From Escherichia phage EcS1, in the sequence record NC_055721.1: a stretch of 64,000 nt of DNA; one strand, given 5' to 3'. Below are positions 36,331-46,485 of this stretch, piece by piece. The notes under the pieces were generated by a model, which was not told where the DNA came from, searched no databases, and saw nothing but the letters and a program-made list of their open reading frames with translations. Within the stretch, counting starts at the first letter, position 1; every line of letters begins with the position of its first letter. The position numbers were made by a program, and so were the translations under genes.

Positions 36331-36769
36331 ACTGCGTCATTTTATCGTAGATGTCCTGAATAAAGGTTTCATCTGCTAACGCAACCATATCATCGTCACG
36401 TGCGTCATACACATTGTGAACGAAATAGCTGTATTTCTTCGCGACTTCACGACGTTCTTTTTTGATACGTTGAACAAAGGCGTTGAAACAAGCCTGGGTT
36501 ATATACGCATGTGGGTTGTTGTACTTAGTTTCGTCGAAGTTTTTAAGACCTTTAATTGCAGCCTCAATACCGTCTTCAATCATTTCTTGCTTCCAGGATT
36601 GGGTATATCCAGAGAAGTTAAAACGTTTTGAAAGACCTTCTGAAATAAGCATAATAGCTTCACCAATCTTATCTGTCATTCGAACTAACGAATCAGGTTC
36701 GAGAGCACATCGTCTTTTCCAATCACAGATTTCAAGATAAAGCTCTTTATTATTTACATAGTTTGCCAT
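36236..36769 (-). CDS. 55: late sigma factor gp55
   Basis: Near-identical stretch to my recollection of T4 gp55 ([72 protein letters not shown]). Confidence 0.9.
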   Translation of the reverse strand: MANYVNNKELYLEICDWKRRCALEPDSLVRMTDKIGEAIMLISEGLSKRFNFSGYTQSWKQEMIEDGIEAAIKGLKNFDETKYNNPHAYITQACFNAFVQRIKKERREVAKKYSYFVHNVYDARDDDMVALADETFIQDIYDKMTQYESSLVKVPGSDKALDLEDDNALDFLYEAQA

Positions 36770-36835
36770 TTGTTTCTTCCGTCACTCAATATTAATATCT
36801 ATTATATCATTCAAAGGCGGAAGCAGTTTAAAGCA

Positions 36836-37102
36836 TTAACCTTTAATAACGTAGTACAGTTGAAACACCTTTTCAAGAATCTTGCAGAATTCATCGAATG
36901 TGATTTCGAATTCAGCAGCTTCTTCATAAGCAGTTTCTTTAAAGTTTTCCCAAAGAGAAGGATATTGTTTAACGTTCAACATTGAGACATGAGTTTCCCA
37001 ATAAACACCATAGTCTTCTTCATCAAACCAAACACCCATATCACCATCAACTGTGAACTGGCCAAGGCCTAATACAACTAATGAAGCAGTATTAATTTTC
37101 AT
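36836..37102 (-). CDS. hypothetical acidic protein
   Basis: 88-aa ORF. Confidence 0.4.
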   Translation of the reverse strand: MKINTASLVVLGLGQFTVDGDMGVWFDEEDYGVYWETHVSMLNVKQYPSLWENFKETAYEEAAEFEITFDEFCKILEKVFQLYYVIKG

Positions 37103-37356
37103 GCAATTACCTCATGCAGTCGAACGATTTTATCAACTAATTGAGAGAAGCCATAAGCATTCATATCATATTCGATGACATCATTCTCGATTTCAGAATT
37201 AAACTCAGCCAACAAATCAATAGCAGGAGTATCAAACAAATGAGAGACTGTGGTTTCCCAAGTTGCTCCTACTAATGTATCAACACTCACTTGGCCATCT
37301 TCGAAAATAGAAATCAGGATATCAAGTTCATCTTCATGGAAATCAATTTTATTCAT
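37099..37356 (-). CDS. hypothetical acidic protein
   Basis: 85-aa ORF, stop/start overlap. Confidence 0.4.
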   Translation of the reverse strand: MNKIDFHEDELDILISIFEDGQVSVDTLVGATWETTVSHLFDTPAIDLLAEFNSEIENDVIEYDMNAYGFSQLVDKIVRLHEVIA

Positions 37357-37583
37357 TGTAAGTTCTTAGCGCAATCGTATGCGTCGTCAAATCCACCAAA
37401 AGCATCAACTGAAATATAATTGCCAGTTGTCGTAGCTTCATATACCCAGAAGGCTTCAAAGTCTTCTTCAATTAGATAATCAAGGCCAGCAGGAGATGTC
37501 CCTTCAACTAACACTCGGTCGTCATCAAGTTCTTTAACAAATAGACCAGCTAGTTGCAAGTCCATGATTTCTTGCTTAGTCAT
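37353..37583 (-). CDS. hypothetical acidic protein
   Basis: 76-aa ORF; ATG embedded in the AATGAC junction shared with the upstream stop. Confidence 0.4.
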   Translation of the reverse strand: MTKQEIMDLQLAGLFVKELDDDRVLVEGTSPAGLDYLIEEDFEAFWVYEATTTGNYISVDAFGGFDDAYDCAKNLQ

Positions 37584-37824
37584 TCAAATATTCCTCAAGT
37601 TCTTCAAGAGTTCGACCATTATCCCAAGCTTCTTCAGTTGTTACATGAGTATACTTGATTTTAGAATCAATTAAATAAATTCTAATTTCTGGCCAAAATC
37701 TTTGAACTTCTTTGATAACATTGTTTAAGAAAACAGATTGAGAAATCTTTTGAGAACGATCGATGCTTCCGTCTTCGCATTTAGCTGTTAAAATGGCTGA
37801 TACACCTTCAGGTAATTCAATCAT
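37576..37824 (-). CDS. hypothetical protein
   Basis: 82-aa ORF ending ...ELEEYLND. Confidence 0.4.
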   Translation of the reverse strand: MIELPEGVSAILTAKCEDGSIDRSQKISQSVFLNNVIKEVQRFWPEIRIYLIDSKIKYTHVTTEEAWDNGRTLEELEEYLND

Positions 37825-38084
37825 TCAAATATTCCTCAAGTTCTGTTCTAGTTAACCCTTCAGTCCACATATATTCTAGTGAGTACTTAGCTACTTCATT
37901 AGTCCCTACTGGGAAATATTTGAAGTGATCATTAAGGTCACTTCAAATAATTATTGGATAGAACTCTTCTGGCTTGTGAAAGAGATTCTGCATCAGTGTA
38001 GGCTCTGCACGTCTTTATAGTCGAATGCCATCCACTTGATTTAGAATGCATAACAATGATAGTTATGCCGTTTTCATGTCGCAT
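37817..38084 (-). pseudogene. frameshifted paralog remnant of the 82-aa ORF
   Basis: 48-aa ORF (37938-38084, MRHENGITII...) followed in another frame by an open segment ending ...TELEEYLND, mirroring the neighbour's C-terminus; 24-bp junction repeat at 37580-37603 and 37821-37844. Confidence 0.3.
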
Positions 38085-38371
38085 AGCCATTCCTCTTTAT
38101 AACCTGGAACTCGGATTAGCAAATCATAACCTTTGCCGGTATTTGCTTCAATATCCATTCGCACAGAACAATTAGAAAATATTTCAGCGAACTTTTTGAT
38201 ATCCATATCACAACGAATATCAGTTGGCAAAGAATAAAGAATACCTCTGCCACCTAGATTAATCATTTTTAAAGTAGGACCAAACTCGCGACAGAGTCGA
38301 TGTCCTACTTCATTATATCGTGTGTATGGAAGAAAGCCATTATCAGCTTTAAAGAACACATGAAATTTCAT
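38063..38371 (-). CDS. hypothetical protein
   Basis: 102-aa ORF. Confidence 0.4.
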   Translation of the reverse strand: MKFHVFFKADNGFLPYTRYNEVGHRLCREFGPTLKMINLGGRGILYSLPTDIRCDMDIKKFAEIFSNCSVRMDIEANTGKGYDLLIRVPGYKEEWLCDMKTA

Positions 38372-38733
38372 CGTGCATTCTTCACAATTTTGAGATCACA
38401 GAAGCCTTTCTTGCGTTGGTTCTTCATGCGACGAATAGTCTTATCAGAAATAACGCCTTTCTCTGGATCGTAGACACCTACACCAAATGCGGGAGTACCA
38501 AATTCAGACAAAATATAGCCAACTACAAGTTCACGGATACGAGCTTTACCAATCTTTTGTCCATCTTCTTTCATGGTGCCATGAAGAGACTGTTCCCAGA
38601 CATCAAGATGTTCAGGCGTAACATATTTCTCTGCAGCCAAAAGAGATTCGACTTTAGCAAATGCAAAAGAGTTCAGAACGTTTTTAATAGCTTGAGACAT
38701 TATGTTTTCCTCAGTTTGTTTTGACATAGGCAT
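38368..38733 (-). CDS. hypothetical protein
   Basis: 121-aa ORF. Confidence 0.4.
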   Translation of the reverse strand: MPMSKQTEENIMSQAIKNVLNSFAFAKVESLLAAEKYVTPEHLDVWEQSLHGTMKEDGQKIGKARIRELVVGYILSEFGTPAFGVGVYDPEKGVISDKTIRRMKNQRKKGFCDLKIVKNAR

Positions 38734-38761
38734 CTTAATTCAAAATGCCTATAGCAAATCA

Positions 38762-38995
38762 TTATCTAGTTAAAAGGTACAACAAACGCACGGCTTCATT
38801 ATTACTTACATTAATGCCTAGTTTTTTAAGTCCTATAATAAATGGTGTTTTGTTTACCGTATTATCCAGCATAAAACTATCTAAAATATAACCAACTGTA
38901 ACAACATCAGAAAGAAGGTCATATGTCAAATAAACGATAGAACCATTATGTTCGACCTGCATGTTTTTTGTTGAACGTTTGATTTCAAAGGTCAT
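38762..38995 (-). CDS. hypothetical protein
   Basis: 77-aa ORF. Confidence 0.35.
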   Translation of the reverse strand: MTFEIKRSTKNMQVEHNGSIVYLTYDLLSDVVTVGYILDSFMLDNTVNKTPFIIGLKKLGINVSNNEAVRLLYLLTR

Positions 38996-39002
38996 AAAGT
39001 CC

Positions 39003-39299
39003 TCACATCAGATGCTTGTAGACTTCACGAACAAGAAGGTCTAATTCTGTAGGAAAAACATCGCTAATTAAAGCACAGCAAGCATTAGCAATACGTTGAG
39101 GGTTTTGATGAGCTTGTATAGTACAGACTTCAGTCATGCAAGAACGAGCACGCAAAACAACTTGAGTGTCATCAATTTCAACATACAAACGTTCTTGTCC
39201 ACGGGATTCAGAGCGAATCAAGATAGATAATTCAATTTTCTTGGATTTAGATATGATGACCATGTTAACTCCTTTGTTTATGTAGGAACATCTTAACAT
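39003..39299 (-). CDS. hypothetical protein
   Basis: 98-aa ORF; likely start MVIISKSK. Confidence 0.35.
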   Translation of the reverse strand: MLRCSYINKGVNMVIISKSKKIELSILIRSESRGQERLYVEIDDTQVVLRARSCMTEVCTIQAHQNPQRIANACCALISDVFPTELDLLVREVYKHLM

Positions 39300-39328
39300 G
39301 AAGAAGGGTGCTTGTAAACACCCTTTGA

Positions 39329-39640
39329 TTAGTCTTCTATGAGGTCTTGGTCGTAGCCAAGTTCGATGAGTTTGTCTTTGAAGTATTTGATGTTGTACAT
39401 CTTTTCATCATTAACAAATATGACAGGATAGCGTATAGAGAGCGTAGGGAACCCTGCTCTCTTGGCTAGTGTAACAATAAGAGGTCTATTATGAACTATC
39501 CCCTGCTCCGTCTGACCAACAACTGGATAGAAAGTAAAGGGGATCTCAAGTTCTTTTAGGAGCTTAGTAGCCGTAAGACAGCCTGGGCATCGCCAGACTG
39601 TTTCAGGAATACCATAGATTTCAACTTTCAATTTGTCCAA
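39329..39640 (-). CDS. nrdH: glutaredoxin-like protein NrdH
   Basis: 103 aa; CPGC redox motif; position next to nrdG/nrdD. Confidence 0.65.
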   Translation of the reverse strand: MDKLKVEIYGIPETVWRCPGCLTATKLLKELEIPFTFYPVVGQTEQGIVHNRPLIVTLAKRAGFPTLSIRYPVIFVNDEKMYNIKYFKDKLIELGYDQDLIED

Positions 39641-39956
39641 GGTTCACCAACCCTACATTGAAGTCCCATTGTTGTTCGCCAATATAAACAGCAACAACAA
39701 AACCTGTTTCAGCCCATTGGATAGCAACAATAATATCATTAGTATCTTCGGCTTCAAGAGCTTCTTCAAAGATGCCCATTTGAACATCGCTAAAGAACTC
39801 AGGATTCAAGGTGCAATTATAAAACTGCATGCCATCATCAAGTTCGTCCCAACCAACATTTTTAGTAATTACAAATTCTTCAATACGTTTCATATTAACC
39901 TTTGATTTTGATTTCAAACTTACCAGTTTTGTCAATAGACTTAGTAGCGTCTTCAA
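39621..39956 (-). CDS. hypothetical protein
   Basis: 111-aa ORF. Confidence 0.4.
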   Translation of the reverse strand: MKTLLSLLTKLVSLKSKSKVNMKRIEEFVITKNVGWDELDDGMQFYNCTLNPEFFSDVQMGIFEEALEAEDTNDIIVAIQWAETGFVVAVYIGEQQWDFNVGLVNLGQIES

Positions 39957-40137
39957 GTTTCTTAGTCAGAGCTTCAAGTTTCTCTTTAGTGAGGATTTTA
40001 TCAGCTGAAGGACTAATCAAACCAACAAGCATAATAAGCAGTCCAATTGGAATCAGACACAATACACCAGCTGTCATTGCGATAGCTAGAAGAATCATTG
40101 CAATAGCGATACGGATTTTATCGAAAAACTTTTTCAT
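39895..40137 (-). CDS. small membrane protein
   Basis: 80 aa with one long hydrophobic segment (IAIAMILLAIAMTAGVLCLIPIGLLIMLVGLI). Confidence 0.4.
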   Translation of the reverse strand: MKKFFDKIRIAIAMILLAIAMTAGVLCLIPIGLLIMLVGLISPSADKILTKEKLEALTKKLEDATKSIDKTGKFEIKIKG

Positions 40138-40262
40138 TATTTACCTTAGTAAGCTAGAAAGAAAAGGAAAGAATACATGCTTGGGAACTCTTCACCCGCA
40201 GCAATTACATAGTTGTACGTGATTTCAGCTACTGCTTCAACTACTTCATGAATAACACTCAT

Positions 40263-40736
40263 TTAAATTTCCTCAGACCATTTATTGTCGTGGTTTCGCC
40301 ACATTGTTTGATTGTCACTACCACGCCAAGGCTTCAGAGTAGGTAATGATTGTTCGTATTTACCATCAATAATAACATCAACATTTTGAAGCAACTCAAG
40401 ATGTTTTATTTCTTCAAACTTATACCCAGTCCAAATCCAGATGTCTTTGTGCGGATGAGAATTATACAAACATTTTAATAAAGCATCAATTGTTTCTCGG
40501 TTATCAGGATAAAGTGGGTCACCACCAGTGATAGTTAACCCTTGAATATACTCAGGCTCAAGAAGCTCTCTGATTTCATCAATTGTTTCGCCTGTGAACT
40601 TCTTTCCATTACGTGGGTTCCACGTGCTCTTGTTATAACAACCTTCACATTTATGCGAACAACCTGTGACAAAAAGAACGACCCTGCATCCAGGGCCATT
40701 TACGAAATCATAAGGATAGATTCTATCGTAGTTCAT
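40263..40736 (-). CDS. nrdG: anaerobic ribonucleotide reductase activating protein NrdG (radical SAM)
   Basis: 157 aa; GPGCRVVLFVTGCSHKCEGCYN cysteine cluster. Confidence 0.9.
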   Translation of the reverse strand: MNYDRIYPYDFVNGPGCRVVLFVTGCSHKCEGCYNKSTWNPRNGKKFTGETIDEIRELLEPEYIQGLTITGGDPLYPDNRETIDALLKCLYNSHPHKDIWIWTGYKFEEIKHLELLQNVDVIIDGKYEQSLPTLKPWRGSDNQTMWRNHDNKWSEEI

Positions 40737-42546
40737 GTTTTGTACGATTCACCATTTCTTTGTTCTTACCTACGTTGAAGCCTCGAACTGATGGATTGCC
40801 TAAGTAGCCACACGTACGACGAACGGTATTCATTTTGGTAGGGTCTTTCTCGCCACAATGACGACAAATAAAGCCTTCTTCGGTAGGTTTCATCTCGTCA
40901 TGACTACCACATGTAAAGCATTTATCAACAGGCATATTAACACCAAAATAATCAAGCTTCTCTACAGCGTAGTCCCAAACGGCTTCAAGACCCTTAAGAT
41001 TATCTTTCATGTTAGGCAGTTCAACATAACTGATATGACCACCTTTAGCAATAAAGTGGAATGGTGCTTCACGATCAATCTTCTCGAATGGAGAAATCTT
41101 TTCTTCTACTGAAACATGGAAACTATTAGTGTACCAGCCTTTATCAGTGACACCAGGAACGAGTCCATGAACTTCAGTGTCAATCTTACAGAACCGATAA
41201 CAAAGATTCTCAGCCGGTGTTGAGTAAAGGCTAAATGAGTATCCTGTTTCTTGTGTCCAAAGTGTAAGGTAGTCATTAATAGTTTTGAGAACTATTTCGC
41301 CAAAACCTTTATAAGTCAAGAGGTCTAATTCGTGAAGTCCAATATAACCTAATGAGATAGATGATCGACCATTTTTAAAGAGCTCAATAATCTTATCGTC
41401 AGGTTTCATTCGAACACCAAATGCACCTTCTTGATACAAAATAGGAGCAACAGAAGCAGTCGTATTTTCTAATGAAGTGATACGACTCATTAATGCTTTA
41501 CGACAGATATGAAGTGTATCGTCTAAACGATGCATGAACTCAGTGAGATCCATACCACCTGCTTTAATAACATCAAGAGCAATGCGTGGCAGGTTTAATG
41601 TCACTACGCCAAGGTTATTACGACCATCAAGAATTTCTTGGAACTTATCGTTTTCCCATACGCTCAAGAAGCTACGACAACCCATTGGTGATACTGGAAC
41701 AAATGAACCTGTAATCTTTCGGTTGTTCTTAGATGAAATGATATCAGGATACATACGCTTTGAAGCACATTCTAACGCAAGTTGTTTGATATCATAGTTC
41801 ATATCGCCAGGATTCAGGTTGATATATTTTTCAACAAACATCACAAGTTTAGGGAACACCGGAGTAATTCCGTCTCGACCTAGTCCACGGATACGGTTCT
41901 TCAGAATAGCTTTCTGAATCATTCGTTCAGTCCAAGAAGTCCCGGTTCCGAATGTAACAGTCACGAAAGGAGTTTGTCCATTAGAACTAAACAAAGTGTT
42001 CACTTCATATTCATACGCCTGGAAAGCATCAAATACATCTTTCTCTGTTTTAGATTGAGCGTAATTAATCGAGTCTTCAACTTTATATTCTAAAGAATCA
42101 GCTAGATGCTTCAAATAAGTTTTAGAGACATAAGGAGCAAGTACTTTATCTACATTAGCGAAAGTAGTTCCACCATATTGATGAGAAGCAACCTGTGCAG
42201 TGATTTGGGACATAATAGCACAAGCAACACCAATTGATTTAGGCGTTTCAATTTGTGCATTACCAAGTTTGAAGCCGTTCTTTAACATGCCTTCTAAATC
42301 GACAAGACAACAGTTAGTAAACGGAAGAGCAGGGCTATAATCCATGTCATGAAAATGAATTAGGCCCTGCTCGTGTGCGGATAGTACATCAGCTGGAAGA
42401 ATACTCTTAGCAATATGCTTTGAAGCAATCCCAGCCATTAAATCTCGTTGCGTCGGAAAGACATTTCCGTCTTTATTAGCATTTTCATTAAGAAGGTCTT
42501 TATTTGACTTATTAATGACCGAGAGAATATCTTGTTCGATTGTCAT
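40723..42546 (-). CDS. nrdD: anaerobic ribonucleoside-triphosphate reductase NrdD
   Basis: 607 aa; C-terminal zinc ribbon CFTCGS...CRHCG and glycyl-radical tail RTCGYLG. Confidence 0.9.
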   Translation of the reverse strand: MTIEQDILSVINKSNKDLLNENANKDGNVFPTQRDLMAGIASKHIAKSILPADVLSAHEQGLIHFHDMDYSPALPFTNCCLVDLEGMLKNGFKLGNAQIETPKSIGVACAIMSQITAQVASHQYGGTTFANVDKVLAPYVSKTYLKHLADSLEYKVEDSINYAQSKTEKDVFDAFQAYEYEVNTLFSSNGQTPFVTVTFGTGTSWTERMIQKAILKNRIRGLGRDGITPVFPKLVMFVEKYINLNPGDMNYDIKQLALECASKRMYPDIISSKNNRKITGSFVPVSPMGCRSFLSVWENDKFQEILDGRNNLGVVTLNLPRIALDVIKAGGMDLTEFMHRLDDTLHICRKALMSRITSLENTTASVAPILYQEGAFGVRMKPDDKIIELFKNGRSSISLGYIGLHELDLLTYKGFGEIVLKTINDYLTLWTQETGYSFSLYSTPAENLCYRFCKIDTEVHGLVPGVTDKGWYTNSFHVSVEEKISPFEKIDREAPFHFIAKGGHISYVELPNMKDNLKGLEAVWDYAVEKLDYFGVNMPVDKCFTCGSHDEMKPTEEGFICRHCGEKDPTKMNTVRRTCGYLGNPSVRGFNVGKNKEMVNRTKHELR

Positions 42547-43022
42547 TTAATACTTTTCCTGAGTTGTTTCTTGTATTCTTTTACAAGAGCAGCCTTAGAA
42601 TCAGACTCTTTGAAGATGAAGCTTTGGGCTTTCATTTCAGCAATCATTTCATCTTTGCCTAATCTTGAGAACCATTTGGCTTTGTCAGTGACATAATTTG
42701 GATGGATATTGTTTTTAGAATAGTCAGTTTTCAGATAGACAAGCAAATTCTCAAGCCACTCGAGGTAGTCAACATCTTGACCTTTCAAACCAGAGCGGTT
42801 GAACTTATGCTTCATTTGTCCTTCTGCAGCGTTACATAGATTACACAACAAACCACGAACCTTACCGGCTTTTGGTCCAGTCAGTTCGTGGTCATGGTCA
42901 AGATGGTTAGCTTGGATGTCAGAAGAGAGCTCGCGTTTACAGAGCAAACACTTACCGTGTTGTGCATCATAAAAGTTTTGTTTTTGTTCTTTGTACAGTT
43001 TGCCAGTTAATAACATGTTCAC
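42543..43022 (-). CDS. 49: endonuclease VII gp49 (Holliday junction resolvase)
   Basis: Near-identical to my recollection of T4 gp49 (LLTGKLYKE.KQ.FYDAQ.GKCL.C.REL...QANHLDHDHEL.GPKAGKVRGLLCNLCNAAEGQMKHKFNRSGLKGQ). Confidence 0.9.
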   Translation of the reverse strand: MNMLLTGKLYKEQKQNFYDAQHGKCLLCKRELSSDIQANHLDHDHELTGPKAGKVRGLLCNLCNAAEGQMKHKFNRSGLKGQDVDYLEWLENLLVYLKTDYSKNNIHPNYVTDKAKWFSRLGKDEMIAEMKAQSFIFKESDSKAALVKEYKKQLRKSIK

Positions 43023-43046
43023 CTCAATATAAGATGAACATATTTA

Positions 43047-43349
43047 TCAAATTAAAACAAAGACTTCATTTTCACATTTATCTGAACCTTTAATACTAGA
43101 TTCAGTGAACAAGGCCCAACGATCGTCTATATCTTTCACGCCAAGAGTTGTGTTTGATTTAGAAACTAAAATCTTATACACACCAAAATATTTTCCACCT
43201 ACGACATGTTCATAGTCACCTTCTAAGATGACGATTTCATCGCCAGGCTCTACTAACTTTGCAAGTTCAATATAAGCATCCTTCATTAGGTCATAAATCA
43301 AAGTTGCTTGGTTAAACATAGGCGATACTATCAATTTACGATTTAGCAT
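43047..43349 (-). CDS. hypothetical protein
   Basis: 100-aa ORF. Confidence 0.4.
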   Translation of the reverse strand: MLNRKLIVSPMFNQATLIYDLMKDAYIELAKLVEPGDEIVILEGDYEHVVGGKYFGVYKILVSKSNTTLGVKDIDDRWALFTESSIKGSDKCENEVFVLI

Positions 43350-43797
43350 TTAATAGACCTTCTAAATGAACAATATATTCAGCAGCTTTCTGCATAGTGT
43401 CATATTCTTCTGAATCACAATTTTCTTGTCCAGCGAATGCACGTAATGCCATACTGATAGGAACGATTTTACCACCAAAATGATTAAGCTTAATCTCATT
43501 CATACCAGCAACTGGATCCCCATGACCAATTTCTTGAAGCTCTGACAAAATATTATCGTTACACCAGAAACAGTAGAACCAAGAATCAGGGTTATCAATA
43601 ATACGAATGACTTTAGCTGTGTCTAAACAAATGACAGATGTAATAACTAAACGAGTTCCGCTATAGCCATCTTCAGCATCAGTTAAGACTTGGAAACGAA
43701 AGCCTTTAACAAGTTCAGGGAACTGTTTAATAAGTTCTTCGTCTTCTTTAATAACTTCGTATTGTTTACCAACTAAAGATTCCATTTTTATCCTCAT
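43336..43797 (-). CDS. hypothetical protein (pin/49.x position)
   Basis: 153-aa ORF. Confidence 0.4.
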   Translation of the reverse strand: MRIKMESLVGKQYEVIKEDEELIKQFPELVKGFRFQVLTDAEDGYSGTRLVITSVICLDTAKVIRIIDNPDSWFYCFWCNDNILSELQEIGHGDPVAGMNEIKLNHFGGKIVPISMALRAFAGQENCDSEEYDTMQKAAEYIVHLEGLLNAKS

Positions 43798-43905
43798 AAT
43801 CTAAGAGTTCATTTTCTGTAGGCTCATCATAACACACTTCAGAATCTTTGTAAACCTCTTCAGGCTCTGGCTCGACAGTTTCCCATCGAGCCGAATACCA
43901 TGGCT

Positions 43906-44208
43906 TTAAACCTGCACCCATGACGTTACTGTGTGAGTCACAACTTTTTCTTGTTTCTCTACGATATAGACATCAGGGTCGCTATAGTACCAGTCGCTAT
44001 GATAAGAACCAGAACGTGATTCACATACTTGGATATAAACATTATGCTTATGAGACCAGTAAATCATATTACGATATTGGTACTTATGATTTTGAGTCCA
44101 TTCATCGTCTTCAATTTCTTCTAAGTATTCAGTATCATCGAAATCGTAGTTTTCAGAATAACCATTATGGTCTTCAAGGATTTCTTTTAAAATTTCAGCA
44201 TTAGTCAT
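43906..44208 (-). CDS. hypothetical protein
   Basis: 100-aa acidic, Tyr/Trp/His-rich ORF. Confidence 0.4.
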   Translation of the reverse strand: MTNAEILKEILEDHNGYSENYDFDDTEYLEEIEDDEWTQNHKYQYRNMIYWSHKHNVYIQVCESRSGSYHSDWYYSDPDVYIVEKQEKVVTHTVTSWVQV

Positions 44209-44395
44209 TTAGTTTCACCATACAATCGCCATATTTCCACTTACTCATAACCTTATGGCCATTAGTGTAAGTGACTTCGACAATTGCTTTATGATTTTTA
44301 ATTTTCATGATTACACCTGTTTCAAGTGCACCATACCCATAATAAATGGCGACTACATCGCCTACGTTCAAAAGAGAACCGCGATAGTCGTTCAT
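44201..44395 (-). CDS. hypothetical protein
   Basis: 64-aa ORF. Confidence 0.35.
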   Translation of the reverse strand: MNDYRGSLLNVGDVVAIYYGYGALETGVIMKIKNHKAIVEVTYTNGHKVMSKWKYGDCMVKLND

Positions 44396-44544
44396 TTAAC
44401 CTCGAAGCTTTTGGAGCTCTTCATCATCAATCCAGGATTCAAGACCACTTGGAAGAGCACATTCTACTTCCCATAGAAGAGATTCAATCTTTTGGAGACG
44501 TTCTAGTTCGTCAAGCTTAATGAGCACTTCTTTATCTGTAACAA

Positions 44545-44868
44545 TCATTTATTCGCCTCGTAGTTTTTATCAACACACCAACTACAATCAACTTGGAAAT
44601 CAGGTTCACCATATTCCCAGCGATGCCCTACAACATTACCTTCAACATCGTATTCTTCTTCAACACCAACGTAAGACCATTGGATTGTATGAAGTTCTTT
44701 ACCTTGAAGAACATTGGTTTCACCCCATTGATTATTAAAAGCAAACCAAGGATTTGCAATTGCATTAGCAATCATATGAGATTCAAAAGCAGATTCTAAA
44801 TCGGATTGGTCACCAGCAGGTAAAACTAATTCAATCAACATTTTTAAAATTCCAGAATGAAGCAACAA
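44545..44868 (-). CDS. hypothetical protein
   Basis: 107-aa ORF. Confidence 0.4.
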   Translation of the reverse strand: MLLHSGILKMLIELVLPAGDQSDLESAFESHMIANAIANPWFAFNNQWGETNVLQGKELHTIQWSYVGVEEEYDVEGNVVGHRWEYGEPDFQVDCSWCVDKNYEANK

Positions 44869-44997
44869 TGAGCCATACAGGCCATAAGATTAAAGCAATA
44901 ACATTCACACCAAATTCATTCTCTTTGATAAGAGATGCTAATGTCTTAGCATATCCTATACCCATAATGATATAAGCAACTAAACAAATACCTTCGA

Positions 44998-45276
44998 TCA
45001 TTTCAAATATTCTCTGAGTTCGGTGAATCCACCAATTGCTGCACCTTTAGGGTCAAAGATTTGAGGCATTGTCAAACCTGATTGAGAAGGACGATTCAGT
45101 CGTACCAACAGTTCAGAAATGACTTCAGGGTCAAACAGAAGACCGTCAGGACCTTTTCCACTAACAACTGAGATAAACTCATATGAAATTTTCTTTGCGT
45201 CCAGCAGACGTTTAGCGTTGATACATGGGATACATTTATGAATGCTTTCGTCGTAACCAAAAATCTTGTACATCAC
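44998..45276 (-). CDS. nrdC: thioredoxin/glutaredoxin NrdC
   Basis: 92 aa; KIFGYDESIHKCIPCINAKRLL...GLTMPQIFDPKGAAIGGF matches my recollection of T4 NrdC. Confidence 0.8.
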   Translation of the reverse strand: MMYKIFGYDESIHKCIPCINAKRLLDAKKISYEFISVVSGKGPDGLLFDPEVISELLVRLNRPSQSGLTMPQIFDPKGAAIGGFTELREYLK

Positions 45277-45595
45277 TTTCTATTTCCTTAATCGTATCTT
45301 TAAGCCCGGCATCAAAATCAGGATGATTTGCTACATGATAAAGATGACGATCTGATTGAATACGTTGATGAACATCACTATAAATCATGCTGATAGCTTT
45401 ATCTCGACCTATAGTGCAGGTTCGTTTTAATTGAGAGTCAGTGGGCATCACACCCATCTCTTTATAATAACTTACAATGAGTTCAAGCATCATTCGCTCA
45501 GCGACGTTCAGATATTCTTTACGCTTTTTCTGTTTCGTCATTACCAATACTTCCTTTAACAGAGATAAGCATAGTTTTATCGCCAAGCATTTCAA
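45236..45595 (-). CDS. hypothetical protein
   Basis: 119-aa ORF. Confidence 0.4.
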   Translation of the reverse strand: MKCLAIKLCLSLLKEVLVMTKQKKRKEYLNVAERMMLELIVSYYKEMGVMPTDSQLKRTCTIGRDKAISMIYSDVHQRIQSDRHLYHVANHPDFDAGLKDTIKEIESDVQDFWLRRKHS

Positions 45596-45673
45596 TCAAA
45601 TCTTTAATACAACTATCAGGCATTGGTTGAACCGATACTAACATTTTAGCCAATTCATTAGGGTCTAGAATTT

Positions 45674-45961
45674 TCATTGTGTAGCTCGTTTATATGCTTC
45701 GTGAGCAGCTACTGCAACTTTGTCGTCTTGACATAATTTCGTTTCTGGTTGTTTAGCCAGATAATGAAACGCTAGTGACTTAAGCTTGATTATTGAAAAT
45801 GCTACATTAGTCTGGGTAGTAGATAATAAATTAATGAAATCAGCATGTTCGCCATTATCTTCGGCTTCTTGCAAGAACATTTTGCAAACAACACTGTCTA
45901 ACTCTTTAAAAAGAGCATTCATTTCATCAGAGCGCTTGAGATTAGTATCAAATGGATTCAT
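45674..45961 (-). CDS. hypothetical protein
   Basis: 95-aa ORF. Confidence 0.4.
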   Translation of the reverse strand: MNPFDTNLKRSDEMNALFKELDSVVCKMFLQEAEDNGEHADFINLLSTTQTNVAFSIIKLKSLAFHYLAKQPETKLCQDDKVAVAAHEAYKRATQ

Positions 45962-46485
45962 TACTTCACCTCTGGAAATACTTGAGCGATACGAACCTTG
46001 ATAGCTTCATCAAGAATAGTTGTCCACGCATTATTGATGCGATTACGAATCAGTTCATCAATTTTATTTTCGTTTTGACTGATGACATGCAGAATATGAT
46101 GCTCAAGCTTTTTATTAGCTCGTTGGGCTTGGTCAACAAGATAATCTTGAATTGCATTAGATGCAATCTTTTCAGCTTCTTCGCGAATCTTAAAATTAGC
46201 AATATCAGAAGCTTGAATACCTTTCCAACCTTGGTCAGACAGTAGTTTATTCATTTGCTTATTGACTTCATCTTTAACAGAAGGAATATCAACAGGGTGT
46301 GCCTTAATTTCTTCTTTAATTAAGGTAGACACACGGTTATTTGTGTCTTTCAAAATCAAGTCTTTAGTGATGTTCTGAATAACAGAACGACGAAGGTTAA
46401 CTTGAGCTTCAGTTCCTTCAGGGAACAATTGGCGTACTGCATGTGTATCAAGAGACATACTAATCATTTTAATCCTCGAAATCAA
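45961..46485 (-). CDS. hypothetical protein
   Basis: 174-aa ORF; caller start is TTG, ATG at 46465-46467 is likelier; its start lies in copy 1 of the 126-bp tandem repeat. Confidence 0.4.
   Translation of the reverse strand: MISRIKMISMSLDTHAVRQLFPEGTEAQVNLRRSVIQNITKDLILKDTNNRVSTLIKEEIKAHPVDIPSVKDEVNKQMNKLLSDQGWKGIQASDIANFKIREEAEKIASNAIQDYLVDQAQRANKKLEHHILHVISQNENKIDELIRNRINNAWTTILDEAIKVRIAQVFPEVK

Noticed and set aside
43798-43921. Possible 51-aa ORF (MGAGLKPWYSAR...) in the gap upstream of ORF 43336-43797
   Set aside because: Start overlaps the upstream gene by 16 nt with no Shine-Dalgarno; acidic low-complexity translation; insufficient support.
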